From Legionellaceae bacterium (GTDB lineage: Bacteria; Pseudomonadota; Gammaproteobacteria; UBA12402): 64,000 nt of DNA. The notes below the pieces were generated by a model that worked only from the letters and a program-made list of their open reading frames with translations, was not told the origin of the DNA and did no database searches. The translations under genes and the position numbers were made by a program. Positions 1 to 10,436 of this stretch are shown here, piece by piece (the first letter of the stretch is position 1; each line of letters starts with the position of its first letter). Location of the stretch: contig PANR01000018.1 in assembly GCA_002707695.1 (NCBI GenBank), forward strand, positions 1,865 to 65,864, given 5' to 3'.

Positions 1-94
1 GCGCATGAATGCAATGGCAACAGACGCCTTGCTCATTAAAAGTAATCGCTGGATCTGTCATGTCCATCACGCACTTAGCACAAACCTTGGCCAT
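1..94 (-). CDS. N-acetyl sugar amidotransferase (WbuX/WbpG-like), N-terminal fragment; the gene continues beyond the window edge
   Basis: The reverse strand translates to MAKVCAKCVMDMTDPAITFNEQGVCCHCIHA. This matches the Cys-rich N-terminus (CxxC...DPxITFxxxGxCxxC) of WbpG/WbuX amidotransferases, which partner with HisH/HisF-like WbuY/WbuZ. The ATG is the complement of 92-94. It is absent from the ORF track because it is truncated. Confidence 0.5.
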   Translation of the reverse strand, partial: MAKVCAKCVMDMTDPAITFNEQGVCCHCIHA

Positions 95-142
95 TTTATT
101 GTCAACCCTCTCTTATATTGCTATCCAAATAGGTCCAAGAGA

Positions 143-916
143 CTATTCTGTTTCACTAAACAAATCAACATATCGACTTAATTCTGACTGGGATGGGTAA
201 TTAATTAACACCGACCTTTTTTTATCATGAAAAATGAAAACGCTGCCCGCACCCGCAGCGAATACACCACCTGAGGCGAAAATATCATGAAAATCTTGCA
301 AACTACCCGCGCCGCCGCAGGCTACAACGGGAATCGACAAGCGGTTGGTAATTGTTTTAACAAGCTCAATATCATAACCCTCCATGGTGCCATCGCGATC
401 AACTGCATTAATGATCAACTCTCCCGCGCCCTTTGCTTGAACACTCAACGCGTATTCCTCTGCCAAGCAAGCGGTTAATTTTCCTCGCGAATAAACCCTA
501 TAACGCCCCCTCCAATCTTTTTTTACATCCATCGTGACAACAATGGTTGAGCTGCCAAATGCTTTTGCAGCTTCCTCAACCAGCTGGTCATTTACAATGG
601 CCGCTGTATTAAGCGACACCTTTTCAACACCCAACTTTAGAATATGTTCAATATCGGATAATGTACGCACACCACCCCCATAGCAAAGAGGCATAAAACA
701 CTCTGATGCAAACTCTGAAATCAATTGAAAATTAATTTCAGAGCCTGGTTTACTCGCCGAAATATCAAAAACAACGAGCTCGTCAACCTCTTTATCATTA
801 AAAATTTTAGCAGTATTAATCGGTTCACCTATATAAACTGGCCGTTTAAATTTGACTGTTTTAACAAGCTTATTATCTTGCACCAATAACACAGGAATAA
901 CTCTATTTTCTATCAC
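143..916 (-). CDS. imidazole glycerol phosphate synthase cyclase subunit paralog (HisF-like, WbuZ-type) dedicated to glycan biosynthesis
   Basis: The 257-aa protein has the HisF (beta/alpha)8 fold signature (VIPVLLV...GGGVRTL...). It sits in an operon with a hisH paralog and the wbuX-like gene, not with his genes. Confidence 0.85.
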   Translation of the reverse strand: MIENRVIPVLLVQDNKLVKTVKFKRPVYIGEPINTAKIFNDKEVDELVVFDISASKPGSEINFQLISEFASECFMPLCYGGGVRTLSDIEHILKLGVEKVSLNTAAIVNDQLVEEAAKAFGSSTIVVTMDVKKDWRGRYRVYSRGKLTACLAEEYALSVQAKGAGELIINAVDRDGTMEGYDIELVKTITNRLSIPVVACGGAGSLQDFHDIFASGGVFAAGAGSVFIFHDKKRSVLINYPSQSELSRYVDLFSETE

Positions 917-1579
917 TTAACTCATCTCACAAAAATTTTTTAAAAGTTGCATGCCATGTCGATGACTTTTTTCAGGATGGAATTGAACACCGTATATATT
1001 ATCGTGCGCAACAGACGCCACATAATCGATACCATACTGACTTGTTGCCGCAATATCAGCATCATGTGCACAATGCATATGGTAAGAGTGAACAAAATAA
1101 AATTTTTTCAAATCAGACATTCCTTTAAATAACACTTCACCATCGGGTCGAGACTCAACACGTCGCCACCCCATGTTAGGAACCTTTAAATGAGGGTAGT
1201 CTTGTGGATTAAATTTTTTTATCTCTGCGTCGATCCAACCTAGGCCAGCACAACCACCCTCCTCACTATGTTTGGCAAACAACTGCATGCCTAAGCAAAT
1301 ACCCAGAATAGGCTTCTTTTCACGCAAAACAGTTTCTTCCAGTGGTGACAATAGCCCCATTTCGTTGATATTTTTTATGCCTGTCGCAAAAGAACCCACG
1401 CCAGGGAGTATCAATTTCTCTGCAGAAAATAAATCATCAGGTCTATTAGAGATAATGGCATGTATGCCAATTTTCTTTAGCATATTCAAAACTGACTGAA
1501 GATTTCCCAAACCATAATCAACAATAACAATCAAACAATATCTCCTAAAGATTACAGCAAACCAATAACACGTTAACAA
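917..1579 (-). CDS. glutamine amidotransferase subunit paralog (HisH-like, WbuY-type)
   Basis: The protein carries the class I GATase motifs (IVDYGLGNLQSV, GICLGMQLF, HSY) and lies immediately upstream of the hisF paralog. The true start is probably internal or non-ATG, near IVIVDYG. Confidence 0.85.
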   Translation of the reverse strand: MLTCYWFAVIFRRYCLIVIVDYGLGNLQSVLNMLKKIGIHAIISNRPDDLFSAEKLILPGVGSFATGIKNINEMGLLSPLEETVLREKKPILGICLGMQLFAKHSEEGGCAGLGWIDAEIKKFNPQDYPHLKVPNMGWRRVESRPDGEVLFKGMSDLKKFYFVHSYHMHCAHDADIAATSQYGIDYVASVAHDNIYGVQFHPEKSHRHGMQLLKNFCEMS

Positions 1580-2877
1580 TTCGTTTCATTTTTATAACGG
1601 GCATGCGTCATTATCGCATAAATGTTCAACAATATAAGGCAAAAATAAGCAATGATTATACTCAAAGCCAGCAGCATTAATGTTGCCCTGGGTGACACAC
1701 TTAAAAAGTGCGAAGGTAAAAATGCCAAGAGCACCAAAACACAAAACACAATGTTCCAGAAAAAATATATATGCTGCTTTTCAAGTAACGACAAGTTTTG
1801 GGATGGTGCAACAACCAAAAACTCAACCAAAAACATTGGAGCTAGCACCTGCGCATATACACCGGCTTCATACCAGTGAACGCCAAAAACTAAAGAAAAC
1901 AGCTTGGGACCAAACAGCAGTAAAACTAGCACAGGCATAATACCAATAATTAACAGCCTAAACATAGTTGACAAATATAACCTGAGCATAGCACGCAGAT
2001 CAACGTGTGCTAACTTTGCTGCTTCGCCCAAATATACTTTTCCTACAGAAGCCTCAATCAACGCTAGCGGCATTCTCACTGCTTGAGAAGCAAGACCATA
2101 AAATCCAGCAACCGTAATACCATGCTGAACAGTGAGCAGCAACGCGGGAATATAGAATGCAACAGAGTTTAACACCGCACCTGGCGCGCTAAAACAAACA
2201 AATCCAAGGTAGCGCTTAAGCGCCCCGAATAGTCGAACGATTTGGACATGAGAAAAAATACTTTGGTCATATTTGTAAGCATCTCGGCTTAACCCTCCAG
2301 CACCTGCTACGTGCCCAATTATCTGACCTACCAGGAGACCCAGAGCAGCAAACGGCAAAAAAGCGAACACCAGTTGAGCCGCGACCTGCCCCACTCCTTG
2401 TGCAATCTTAGTCTTGGCTAACGACTTAAAGCGACGCTGCCTAATTGCCCAATAACTTGTGACAGCATAGATTGCAGCCCCACAAACGCCCAGCGGAAGT
2501 AACCATAGATAAGGGTAAAAGCGGGGAAACTTCAACCAATCTACAAAAAAATGGCCCACCAGGGGAATAAGCAAGAACAAAACGGCTGAAAAAAAGATAC
2601 CAACGATTAATGCAACCACACAAACATTTGCAGCAAGCTTATCATCACTTGGCAATGGGATTGCCCTCTCGTACCGCAAACATGCAAAAGCCGAAAAGAA
2701 GCCTAAGAGTGAACCATAAACGGAATAAACACCAAAATCTTGTGTAGAATATAACCTGGTAATAAGGGGCATCGCCAACATAACAACGCCCTGGCCAATA
2801 ACACTTGCCACGACCAACTTACCTGCATTTGCAGCGAATGCATCTAGTCTTATAAACTGTTTAACTTGTCTAAGCAT
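1573..2877 (-). CDS. wzx: polysaccharide/O-antigen flippase Wzx (MOP/MATE-like polytopic membrane protein)
   Basis: The 434-aa protein is highly hydrophobic with about 12 predicted TM helices and sits in the glycan operon. The call rests on family resemblance only. Confidence 0.65.
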   Translation of the reverse strand: MLRQVKQFIRLDAFAANAGKLVVASVIGQGVVMLAMPLITRLYSTQDFGVYSVYGSLLGFFSAFACLRYERAIPLPSDDKLAANVCVVALIVGIFFSAVLFLLIPLVGHFFVDWLKFPRFYPYLWLLPLGVCGAAIYAVTSYWAIRQRRFKSLAKTKIAQGVGQVAAQLVFAFLPFAALGLLVGQIIGHVAGAGGLSRDAYKYDQSIFSHVQIVRLFGALKRYLGFVCFSAPGAVLNSVAFYIPALLLTVQHGITVAGFYGLASQAVRMPLALIEASVGKVYLGEAAKLAHVDLRAMLRLYLSTMFRLLIIGIMPVLVLLLFGPKLFSLVFGVHWYEAGVYAQVLAPMFLVEFLVVAPSQNLSLLEKQHIYFFWNIVFCVLVLLAFLPSHFLSVSPRATLMLLALSIIIAYFCLILLNIYAIMTHARYKNETNC

Positions 2878-2919
2878 AAGTTCTCAAACTATGTTTTTAC
2901 GAGATACACTATCAAAACT

Positions 2920-4350
2920 TTATTGGACATTCGTTACACCTTCTATTAAATGAGCGTAAAACAGTCTTTCTCGCCTCGTCAACAACTCAGAATTGTGCCA
3001 AAGGATTGTCATGTCACCTCCGTAATGCTTACATGCCTCGGCCAGCATAACAACCTTATTAAAGGCTTGCTCGAAAGATAACCCCATATAGTCAAACAAG
3101 CTACAGTCCATAACGACTAGTGGCCGCTCAACTAACGGTAATATTTTACGCTTGGGCAAACTATATACGGGGAACTCAAAACAAACACCACAACGAAAGC
3201 CTACCGATCCTGGATAGGATAAACTACTGTCATAATCTATGCCAACTTCCGCCCATTGATCCCATGTCTTTCCAGCCTGCCAACGAAGATAGTGCTGCCT
3301 TCCTCCCCAACGCGATTGAACAATATTTTCCTCATCCGCAACTTGCTGCAATTTAGCAAATTCCAGAGCCAACTGCTCTGGATTATCCAAGCTGTAATAG
3401 CTAGGATGTAAACCAATTTCATGTCCACGACTATATATCTCGCACATAAGCATCCTAATAAAAGGCATATCAAGCTCATAAACCGAATCAAACTGACTCC
3501 CTTTTACTTTCCCAGCAATAAAATAAAACGCACTTTGCAAATTATGTTTTTCACTAACATTCATTATAAAATTAAACGTGTTGTTGACATCTTTGCTGCA
3601 ATCACCCTTTGATACAGCGCGGTATCGAAAGAAGCGGTTCATAGCCAAGCGTGGGTCTTTCCTATGACGGATATCACCCAATACATTTCGCAATATTTGC
3701 GAAAATGACTTTCCAAACATACCAAAAGGTCTATCCACATCATGACTCAATTTAATTGAAAAATTACGAGGCTTGCGCGAAAGACTAGGACATAAGTGCT
3801 TTAAACACGCCCACAATAATTCAATATATTCATTGATAATTGGCCTATCTAAAAAATTCTCTTGATACGCTAATGAATCCTCAACAGGAAATCGACCATG
3901 TGAATCAACTGTTTTTTTCACGACTTCCTCATAGCGCGTCATCATAAAAAATGCTGAGCCAAATATATCCACACCCAATTGAACATCATTTGAAGACATA
4001 TTAATCCAACCACCATCATCCAAATATTTTCCGTAGATAATCGGTAATTGCTTAGCGCGATTATCGTGTGAACCATAAATGTAGTCAGGGAAAATAAAAC
4101 TGGGAAGCGGCTGCTTAGGCAAACTAGATGGCAAACACCACTGTGACTCATCAATATCAAAAAAATGGTCAGCAAGAGTTAGTGTTTTATTGTTAGGAAG
4201 AGAAATCTTATAAACGTTTTTATCATGATATTGAAAAGCAAAGTCGATGCCAAGAAATTCCTTAAACAACACCGTGAGAATATATATTTTTTCTGACTCA
4301 AATCCTGCAGGAAGGTGTATCTTTATCATAAATGTATCCCAAACATGCAA
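2920..4350 (-). CDS. hypothetical protein in the glycan operon; possibly polysaccharide deacetylase / carbohydrate-esterase-like
   Basis: The 476-aa soluble protein has an HDVDRP motif reminiscent of NodB/ArnD-type deacetylases. The assignment is weak. Confidence 0.3.
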   Translation of the reverse strand: MHVWDTFMIKIHLPAGFESEKIYILTVLFKEFLGIDFAFQYHDKNVYKISLPNNKTLTLADHFFDIDESQWCLPSSLPKQPLPSFIFPDYIYGSHDNRAKQLPIIYGKYLDDGGWINMSSNDVQLGVDIFGSAFFMMTRYEEVVKKTVDSHGRFPVEDSLAYQENFLDRPIINEYIELLWACLKHLCPSLSRKPRNFSIKLSHDVDRPFGMFGKSFSQILRNVLGDIRHRKDPRLAMNRFFRYRAVSKGDCSKDVNNTFNFIMNVSEKHNLQSAFYFIAGKVKGSQFDSVYELDMPFIRMLMCEIYSRGHEIGLHPSYYSLDNPEQLALEFAKLQQVADEENIVQSRWGGRQHYLRWQAGKTWDQWAEVGIDYDSSLSYPGSVGFRCGVCFEFPVYSLPKRKILPLVERPLVVMDCSLFDYMGLSFEQAFNKVVMLAEACKHYGGDMTILWHNSELLTRRERLFYAHLIEGVTNVQ

Positions 4351-4364
4351 TATTAATCAAACAA

Positions 4365-5519
4365 TCACCAAGAAATACCTTCAGAGAAAAGTTCATTGTA
4401 ATACCAATTTTCACCATTAAAAAATTCATCGAGATTTATTTTGGGGTTAAAAATTGTTGCTAGAAGTGTCGGTTGGCTGATGGTTTTTTTATAAAATAGT
4501 TTATGATAAAAACCCAACAACTGATTAACCGGAAGGAATCCAAGATTCTTTAACAGCCCACTCATGTTAAAACCAGAACCGAGAGTTGTGGCTGAAAAAA
4601 CCGATACATCCTCCGCACGCAGTACTCTCAAACCCTTATGCATAAGACTGGATAACATCTGTTGACAATCATTTTTAGCGAACAAATCAATCAAAACTCC
4701 TTTTTTAACCTGCATTTTTTCCTGAACTGAAAATATGGCATAACCAAGCACTTCGCCTTTATCCTCAAAAGTAAAAACGCGGTGTGATAAATATGGATTT
4801 TGAAAAATTCGCCAATTAAAATATTCCACGGATCGATCAATGGTAATTTCATGCTTTGAATGATTTCTCTTCCAACACTCAGCAAGGCTAGCCAACAAGT
4901 CGGGGGAGATAGCCTTTGAGCCAAATACTTTGAGTTCTAAACCATGGGAACTTGACAACCTTTTCGCTTGGAGAGAAAAGATTTTTATTGGAATATAAAG
5001 GGGAGAAATTAAATAAGCTAGAAACTCTGGCAGCTTAAATTTTTTAAAAAATATTTTAGACAAAAACAAAAAACCACGAAATGATGCGAGCCTTAAATAA
5101 CACTCATCTTTCCCAACAACCTGATACCCCAATCTTTCACGAATTTTTCTTGGCACGCCATAGCTTGAGGTTGTATACAGCAGGTCAAATGTTTTTTTAG
5201 CCTCCTCGAAAAATCGTTTTTCAAATAAAAAATAAATGCCACTCTTGTAGTCTGGATGAAGTATGGTATTTTCAGTTTTGCCAGCTAAATATGTTTTCCC
5301 AAAAATAGACAGCTTGATTGGCAGCAGCCCATGATGGCCAACGATTTTGTTCGTCACCTTATCAACAATCACCCACATGCTATTACAATAATTTGGGTTT
5401 TCAAGCCACTCCCACTGATGCTGCTCAACTGTTCGATCCCGCCCTGTAATGAGATTATACAACGCCACTATTTCACCTTCGTCACCAGGCTGAAAAGGTC
5501 TGCTAATTAATCTAGGCAT
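4365..5519 (-). CDS. GNAT/FemAB-like acyltransferase, putatively ACP-dependent sugar N-acyltransferase
   Basis: The 384-aa protein has a GNAT-like N-terminal region and is translationally coupled to the downstream-of-ACP position in the operon. Confidence 0.35.
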   Translation of the reverse strand: MPRLISRPFQPGDEGEIVALYNLITGRDRTVEQHQWEWLENPNYCNSMWVIVDKVTNKIVGHHGLLPIKLSIFGKTYLAGKTENTILHPDYKSGIYFLFEKRFFEEAKKTFDLLYTTSSYGVPRKIRERLGYQVVGKDECYLRLASFRGFLFLSKIFFKKFKLPEFLAYLISPLYIPIKIFSLQAKRLSSSHGLELKVFGSKAISPDLLASLAECWKRNHSKHEITIDRSVEYFNWRIFQNPYLSHRVFTFEDKGEVLGYAIFSVQEKMQVKKGVLIDLFAKNDCQQMLSSLMHKGLRVLRAEDVSVFSATTLGSGFNMSGLLKNLGFLPVNQLLGFYHKLFYKKTISQPTLLATIFNPKINLDEFFNGENWYYNELFSEGISW

Positions 5520-5778
5520 TTTTTGATTCTGAATGAGAAATTATATTGTTAATTTGAAGCACGATTTTATCAATACTGCTCCACTCATTGTCTGCAATAG
5601 AGTCTTCACTGATTTCGAAGCCAAATTTTTCTTGCAGTGTAAAAAGAATATCAATCAGGTCGAGCGAGTCATAGCCCTGCTTAATCAAATCGTTATGATA
5701 ATCTAGCTTGTTCACATCAACTTCACCAATACCTTTGATCGCCTGCACAACCTCTTCGGGACTAACAGCTTGAGACAT
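5512..5778 (-). CDS. acyl carrier protein
   Basis: The 88-aa protein has a DSLD phosphopantetheine-attachment motif (GYDSLDLIDILFTL). Confidence 0.8.
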   Translation of the reverse strand: MSQAVSPEEVVQAIKGIGEVDVNKLDYHNDLIKQGYDSLDLIDILFTLQEKFGFEISEDSIADNEWSSIDKIVLQINNIISHSESKNA

Positions 5779-5795
5779 TTTACTTCACTACCCCT

Positions 5796-6716
5796 CTACG
5801 TTTTCTCTACGACAGTTGCCGCCATCGACAACCCTACACCAAAACCACACAGTAAAAACCTATGGTATTTATTTTGCCTTATATAATCAGCCAGCAAGAT
5901 AGGAATAGTCGATGAAACCGTATTGCCATATTGTGCGGCTACAAATGGCATTTTTTTCTTATCCACCCCCATACGCTGGCAAACTTTGCTTAGCATATAA
6001 CGACTTGCTTGATGCATCAAATATAGATCAATATCGTTATCAGCACAATGATTTTTAGCCAAACATTTGGCAGCCAGCAGGGGTACTTCTCGCAGAGCAA
6101 AATTAAAAATTTCACGCCCATTCATATAAAGCGACTTACCAACTTCTTTAATCAACATCTTGTGGCCAGCACCTGCTGTCGCAAACACACCCTTTTTGAT
6201 TGATAGCAACGGATCGGATGTTAATACAGTGACTGACGCTCCATCTCCAAAGATCAACGCGGTATTTTTGTCATTTTCATCTAGTATGCTAGAATATGGA
6301 TCTGCAGTAAATAACAACCCACACTTCAAATCATTGGCTTCCATAAAATTTTTAGCGAGATGCAGTGAATACACATACCCTGAACAACCTAAATTAATAT
6401 CGAACGAAGCACAATCTTCGGAAATCCCCAGCTTATCCTGCACAATTGCTGCAGTATGTGGCAATCCATAATCTCCGTTCTGGGTACAGACACAAATAAA
6501 ATCGACTTTTGGTATAAGTTTTTCAGCATTCTCTAAGTGATTAAAAGCCCAAACACATAAGTCTGAAGTGCTGGAGTCAGCAGATTTCCTTGCTACTGCT
6601 GTGAAGCCTGTTTTATTGACGATAAACTCTTCGCTTACCTGATACTTTTCCTTAAGCTCTACATTGTTAACTTTCTCATTCGGAATATAGTAAGCAACAT
6701 CACAAATTCCTATCAT
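5796..6716 (-). CDS. 3-oxoacyl-ACP synthase III (FabH-like) paralog
   Basis: The 306-aa protein has the KAS-III catalytic Cys context (LGCSGYVYSL) and the C-terminal NTVSSTIP motif region. It is adjacent to the ACP. Confidence 0.8.
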   Translation of the reverse strand: MIGICDVAYYIPNEKVNNVELKEKYQVSEEFIVNKTGFTAVARKSADSSTSDLCVWAFNHLENAEKLIPKVDFICVCTQNGDYGLPHTAAIVQDKLGISEDCASFDINLGCSGYVYSLHLAKNFMEANDLKCGLLFTADPYSSILDENDKNTALIFGDGASVTVLTSDPLLSIKKGVFATAGAGHKMLIKEVGKSLYMNGREIFNFALREVPLLAAKCLAKNHCADNDIDLYLMHQASRYMLSKVCQRMGVDKKKMPFVAAQYGNTVSSTIPILLADYIRQNKYHRFLLCGFGVGLSMAATVVEKT

Positions 6717-7333
6717 GGCTTTCTCCTTGAGAAATATACCCAGCCCACGTTTATTTCATCGAGCATCACATTGGACTTTGAATCGTGGTCACCAAGCATT
6801 TTAGATAATTGCAAAACTAACTCCGCAACACCCAGCCGACCCTCAACCACGCTCCAATCCAATTTAATTCTCCTGCAGTACCATTTGCCATTTTTGCCCG
6901 GGCATGCGTTTGATAACAATGCCTTATTGAGTGATATGACTATATTGGCGAACTGTTTGATGCCAGAGACCGGCAATCTTATTGATCGACTGGCTGGATC
7001 ATAGTTAGCCTTGGCCACCAACCCATTCTCATCGTACTCCTTTCGAATCAACTCGCCTTGATCAGTAGAAATCAAAACAATTTTGTACTCCTCTTTGTCT
7101 GTAGTAACATTAAAAGAGGCAACAACATCATGCTTACTTTCATCGCCAGACTCATTCAACAGCAAATACTTTCCCTGTGAATACAAAGGCCGATGAATTT
7201 TTAGCTCATATGATCTGATCGAGCCCAAGCGCCAAAAGACACTGGCCTTAAATAACTGCTCAATCATGCTCGTTGCATGCACATAGTCTCTCTTGTCCAA
7301 TAACACAAACTCTGCATTAAAAATTTTTTGCAT
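6713..7333 (-). CDS. hypothetical protein (first gene of the glycan operon)
   Basis: The 206-aa ORF has no motif I recognise. Its stop overlaps the fabH-like start. Confidence 0.35.
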   Translation of the reverse strand: MQKIFNAEFVLLDKRDYVHATSMIEQLFKASVFWRLGSIRSYELKIHRPLYSQGKYLLLNESGDESKHDVVASFNVTTDKEEYKIVLISTDQGELIRKEYDENGLVAKANYDPASRSIRLPVSGIKQFANIVISLNKALLSNACPGKNGKWYCRRIKLDWSVVEGRLGVAELVLQLSKMLGDHDSKSNVMLDEINVGWVYFSRRKP

Positions 7334-7424
7334 ATCAACTTTTCATGTAAAAAAAATAGCCAAACAAAAAGGCGGTTGAACAGGGGTTAAAAGTACCATA
7401 GAATCACCGTACTTCTCAAAGGCC

Positions 7425-9491
7425 ATGGAGCATAATTTGGTGCGTAATTTTTCGTTGGTTACCAAACAAGCAAAGCCAAACTTACCAAAAATAACCAACC
7501 AGGCCAGACCTGATTTTGAACAAAAAACACGCTTCTGGCTTGCACTTTTTATTTTCTTTGCTGCTTTCTTCCTACGATTTGCCTACCTCCATCGCCAAGG
7601 CTTTTGGGATAGTGATGAATATTATTCATACCGCTTCATCGTTGCCTATTTGCTGCACCACAACCTTGATCCAGCTTCAGGGGGAGATATGTGGGGTAGA
7701 CCGTTTGGTTTTTTAACCTCATATTTCTTCATGAAACTTTTTGGCTTTACCCCTTTTTCTACCCACATCAAGAGCGCACTTTTTGGATTTCTCAGTATTG
7801 TTATTGGCTACATTGTCGGGGAGAGGCATCTGGGCAAAAATGCGGGATTATTTGCAGCCGCTCTAATGACAAGTTTGTATAGCCTGGTTTACTACTCACG
7901 CACAATGAAAATGACTGCACCCTCTATGTTATTTTGTGCTTTAGCAATCTGGATTTTATTTGAAATTATGAATACACCCGGCATACAAAAGCACGCTTTA
8001 TGCGGCCTCATGCTTGGTTTTATGATCACCACTCATCCTGCCACTATACCGATGGCTTTTTCTATTTTAATGCTATTAGGTATCGTCACGCTTATTAAAG
8101 AAAAAAACTTTAAAACCACCTATATTTACGGCCTACTCACCTTGCTTGGCCTTGCCATCCCGATAATAGGCTGCGAGTTATTTTATCTCCGAACAAAGCT
8201 TTTACCATGGTGGCACATGACGCGGCACGCTGATTACTTAAGCAATGTATTCTTTACCAGTGTTAATGGCGCCCAGCCCCAGTGGGAACACGCCAAACCC
8301 CATCTTTCATTTTTCCTGGGTGAAATTCGAAACAATGGAAAACCGCTTTTGTATGCCATTATTGCCGGACAACTATTTTCTGCGCTGAACTTAACAACTA
8401 AAAAAATGAAACCATTTTTACTCACTATCATGTTTTGGTTACCTGTATTAATTTACACGTATATTCTGCACACGACAGAGGCTGAACGAGACATCTTTAC
8501 CTCCCTATTCCCTGGATGCTTAGTTGTGGGCTATATGTTAGCGCGCATAATCAACCAACTCAAATCAACAGGCATACTTAAAGCAACGGCGCTAACAGCC
8601 ATAACAATCATTTTGTTAGCTTACGGCTTACCCAGAAGCTTTCCAATCATTAAAAACGCATCGGCTGCACAAAACATATATGACGTGATTGGTAATGAGC
8701 AAGCCTCTATGACTCGCCCCTCAACCAATACCGCTCAGTGGCAGCACTACTACTTCACCAATAACGCTCTCTTTGTGGATGGCTGGAACGATGTGTTAAC
8801 TAACTTTTTACTCAATCGGGCGAGCTATTTCATACAACTTACACCAGGCTGGACAAAAAAAACGAATTTCAGCAACACTGAAAAATTCGCGACGTCATAC
8901 AAAACAGCAAACAGCAACGGACGCTTTTCTACCACCTACCTGTACACGCCAAAACAACTTGAAACTATCTTTAAAAACAAATTTTCTCTGACAAAAATTA
9001 AAACCATTGACTTAAATACATTTTCCTCAGTTAAAGATATCCGAGGAAACAGCCCTCTAAATGAATTAATTTCAAAGAAAGGCAAGCAAGCCACCATTAC
9101 CATTCCGCTCAATGCCAACCTTTTAGTCGTTAGCGGAAAAATTGCTTTAAACCCTAGCATAGGAGAAAAGATTAACATCGCCATTGGTAATCACAACAAC
9201 CCAACTGCCTATGCTGTAAAATCGTTTTCTCCACGACAACGCAGCCTAATTTTACCAAACGAGAAAGCAACAAGTATATTTTGCGTGTGGAAATTATCCG
9301 GCAAACAACCCACTCAGCTAACACTCTCCGCTCTATTAAGCAAACATCTATCGTTATTAACCTTGCTGACAAATACGCAAGCAACATTTGATTATTTTTC
9401 AACGATAAGCAAAAAACAGATAAAAGCCTTTTCAGTTACCTTTTATCACATTCCAGAACAGTATCTACCGCAAAACATGCCGACCCTTTAA
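7425..9491 (+). CDS. GT-C fold glycosyltransferase (ArnT / PMT-like, GT39/GT83-type) with a C-terminal periplasmic domain; paralog 1
   Basis: The 688-aa polytopic N-terminal part carries the first-loop motif FWDSDEYYSY (compare ArnT WQPDETRYAE). It is a close paralog of 18889..20940. Confidence 0.6.
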   Translation: MEHNLVRNFSLVTKQAKPNLPKITNQARPDFEQKTRFWLALFIFFAAFFLRFAYLHRQGFWDSDEYYSYRFIVAYLLHHNLDPASGGDMWGRPFGFLTSYFFMKLFGFTPFSTHIKSALFGFLSIVIGYIVGERHLGKNAGLFAAALMTSLYSLVYYSRTMKMTAPSMLFCALAIWILFEIMNTPGIQKHALCGLMLGFMITTHPATIPMAFSILMLLGIVTLIKEKNFKTTYIYGLLTLLGLAIPIIGCELFYLRTKLLPWWHMTRHADYLSNVFFTSVNGAQPQWEHAKPHLSFFLGEIRNNGKPLLYAIIAGQLFSALNLTTKKMKPFLLTIMFWLPVLIYTYILHTTEAERDIFTSLFPGCLVVGYMLARIINQLKSTGILKATALTAITIILLAYGLPRSFPIIKNASAAQNIYDVIGNEQASMTRPSTNTAQWQHYYFTNNALFVDGWNDVLTNFLLNRASYFIQLTPGWTKKTNFSNTEKFATSYKTANSNGRFSTTYLYTPKQLETIFKNKFSLTKIKTIDLNTFSSVKDIRGNSPLNELISKKGKQATITIPLNANLLVVSGKIALNPSIGEKINIAIGNHNNPTAYAVKSFSPRQRSLILPNEKATSIFCVWKLSGKQPTQLTLSALLSKHLSLLTLLTNTQATFDYFSTISKKQIKAFSVTFYHIPEQYLPQNMPTL

Positions 9492-9493
9492 AA

Positions 9494-10291
9494 TTATCGG
9501 GAAAAATACGTTGCCCTCATACGTTCACTCATTGCGATAAAATTTGGATTTAACAATGATTCGGTTGTGTTATACTGTATTTCTGTTAGGTTATTTTCTC
9601 GCAACAACACCCCTCCCGCTTCACTTAAAACACAATGTGCAGCAGCGGTATCCCACTCTGATGTTGGTCCTAAACGAGGATAAATATCTGCCTTACCCTC
9701 TGCCACCAAACAAATTTTTAACGAGCTGCCCACATTAATTAACTCATATTGCTCAAATCTACTCAGCATTTTTTTCAATTGGTCGCTATTGCCATGCCGT
9801 CGACTCGCCACCACACGTACGCGTGTTGGCACTTCATGATTGGCTCGGATTTGAGTCACTTTTCCTTGCTCAACTTTATACGCCCCCCGCCCTTGCTCAG
9901 CGTAATACATCACATCAAGCGCTGGCGCATAAACGACACCCATAACTGGTCGATGATCTTCAATCAACGCGATATTAACGGTGAATTCGTCAGAACGATG
10001 GATGAATTCTTTTGTGCCATCGAGCGGATCAACAAGCCAATAACGATCCCATGCTTTTCTTTGATCCCAGGGCACTACGCTGGACTCTTCGGACAACACA
10101 GGCAATGCCGGCATTAAACGTTTGAGCCCTTCCACAATAATTTGATGTGCTGTCAAATCTGCTTGCGTTAATGGCGAGCCATCTTGTTTGGCAATCACTT
10201 CGAACGCTTCAGGGCTGCGATAAATATCTAACACTGCCTTGCCAGCATCCCGTGCAACCCGCACAACAGCATTCATCCACTCAGACCGCAT
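9494..10291 (-). CDS. cysQ: 3'(2'),5'-bisphosphate nucleotidase CysQ
   Basis: The protein has inositol monophosphatase family motifs (WLVDPLDGTKEF, DTAA). Confidence 0.8.
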   Translation of the reverse strand: MRSEWMNAVVRVARDAGKAVLDIYRSPEAFEVIAKQDGSPLTQADLTAHQIIVEGLKRLMPALPVLSEESSVVPWDQRKAWDRYWLVDPLDGTKEFIHRSDEFTVNIALIEDHRPVMGVVYAPALDVMYYAEQGRGAYKVEQGKVTQIRANHEVPTRVRVVASRRHGNSDQLKKMLSRFEQYELINVGSSLKICLVAEGKADIYPRLGPTSEWDTAAAHCVLSEAGGVLLRENNLTEIQYNTTESLLNPNFIAMSERMRATYFSR

Positions 10292-10436
10292 TTAACAACC
10301 CTCTTCATATTTTTTGACATATAAATGCTCAATTTCATGCGCATCAGCCAGCATCCTAGATGAATTATCCCTTGATTTCATCCTATAATTTTATCATAGT
10401 ACCTCAACTTCTAACTGCATTGATGGTACATAGGCA

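Noticed and set aside
9-200. 63-aa ORF at the window start, and similar short ORFs (287..478, 947..1132, 1272..1499, etc.)
   Set aside because: They overlap confidently assigned genes on the opposite strand (the wbuX, hisF and hisH paralogs) and have no RBS or motif support.
143-1579. hisF and hisH as histidine biosynthesis genes
   Set aside because: They are embedded in a glycan operon with a wbuX-like amidotransferase and wzx, with no other his genes nearby. This is the known WbuY/WbuZ-type paralog context.
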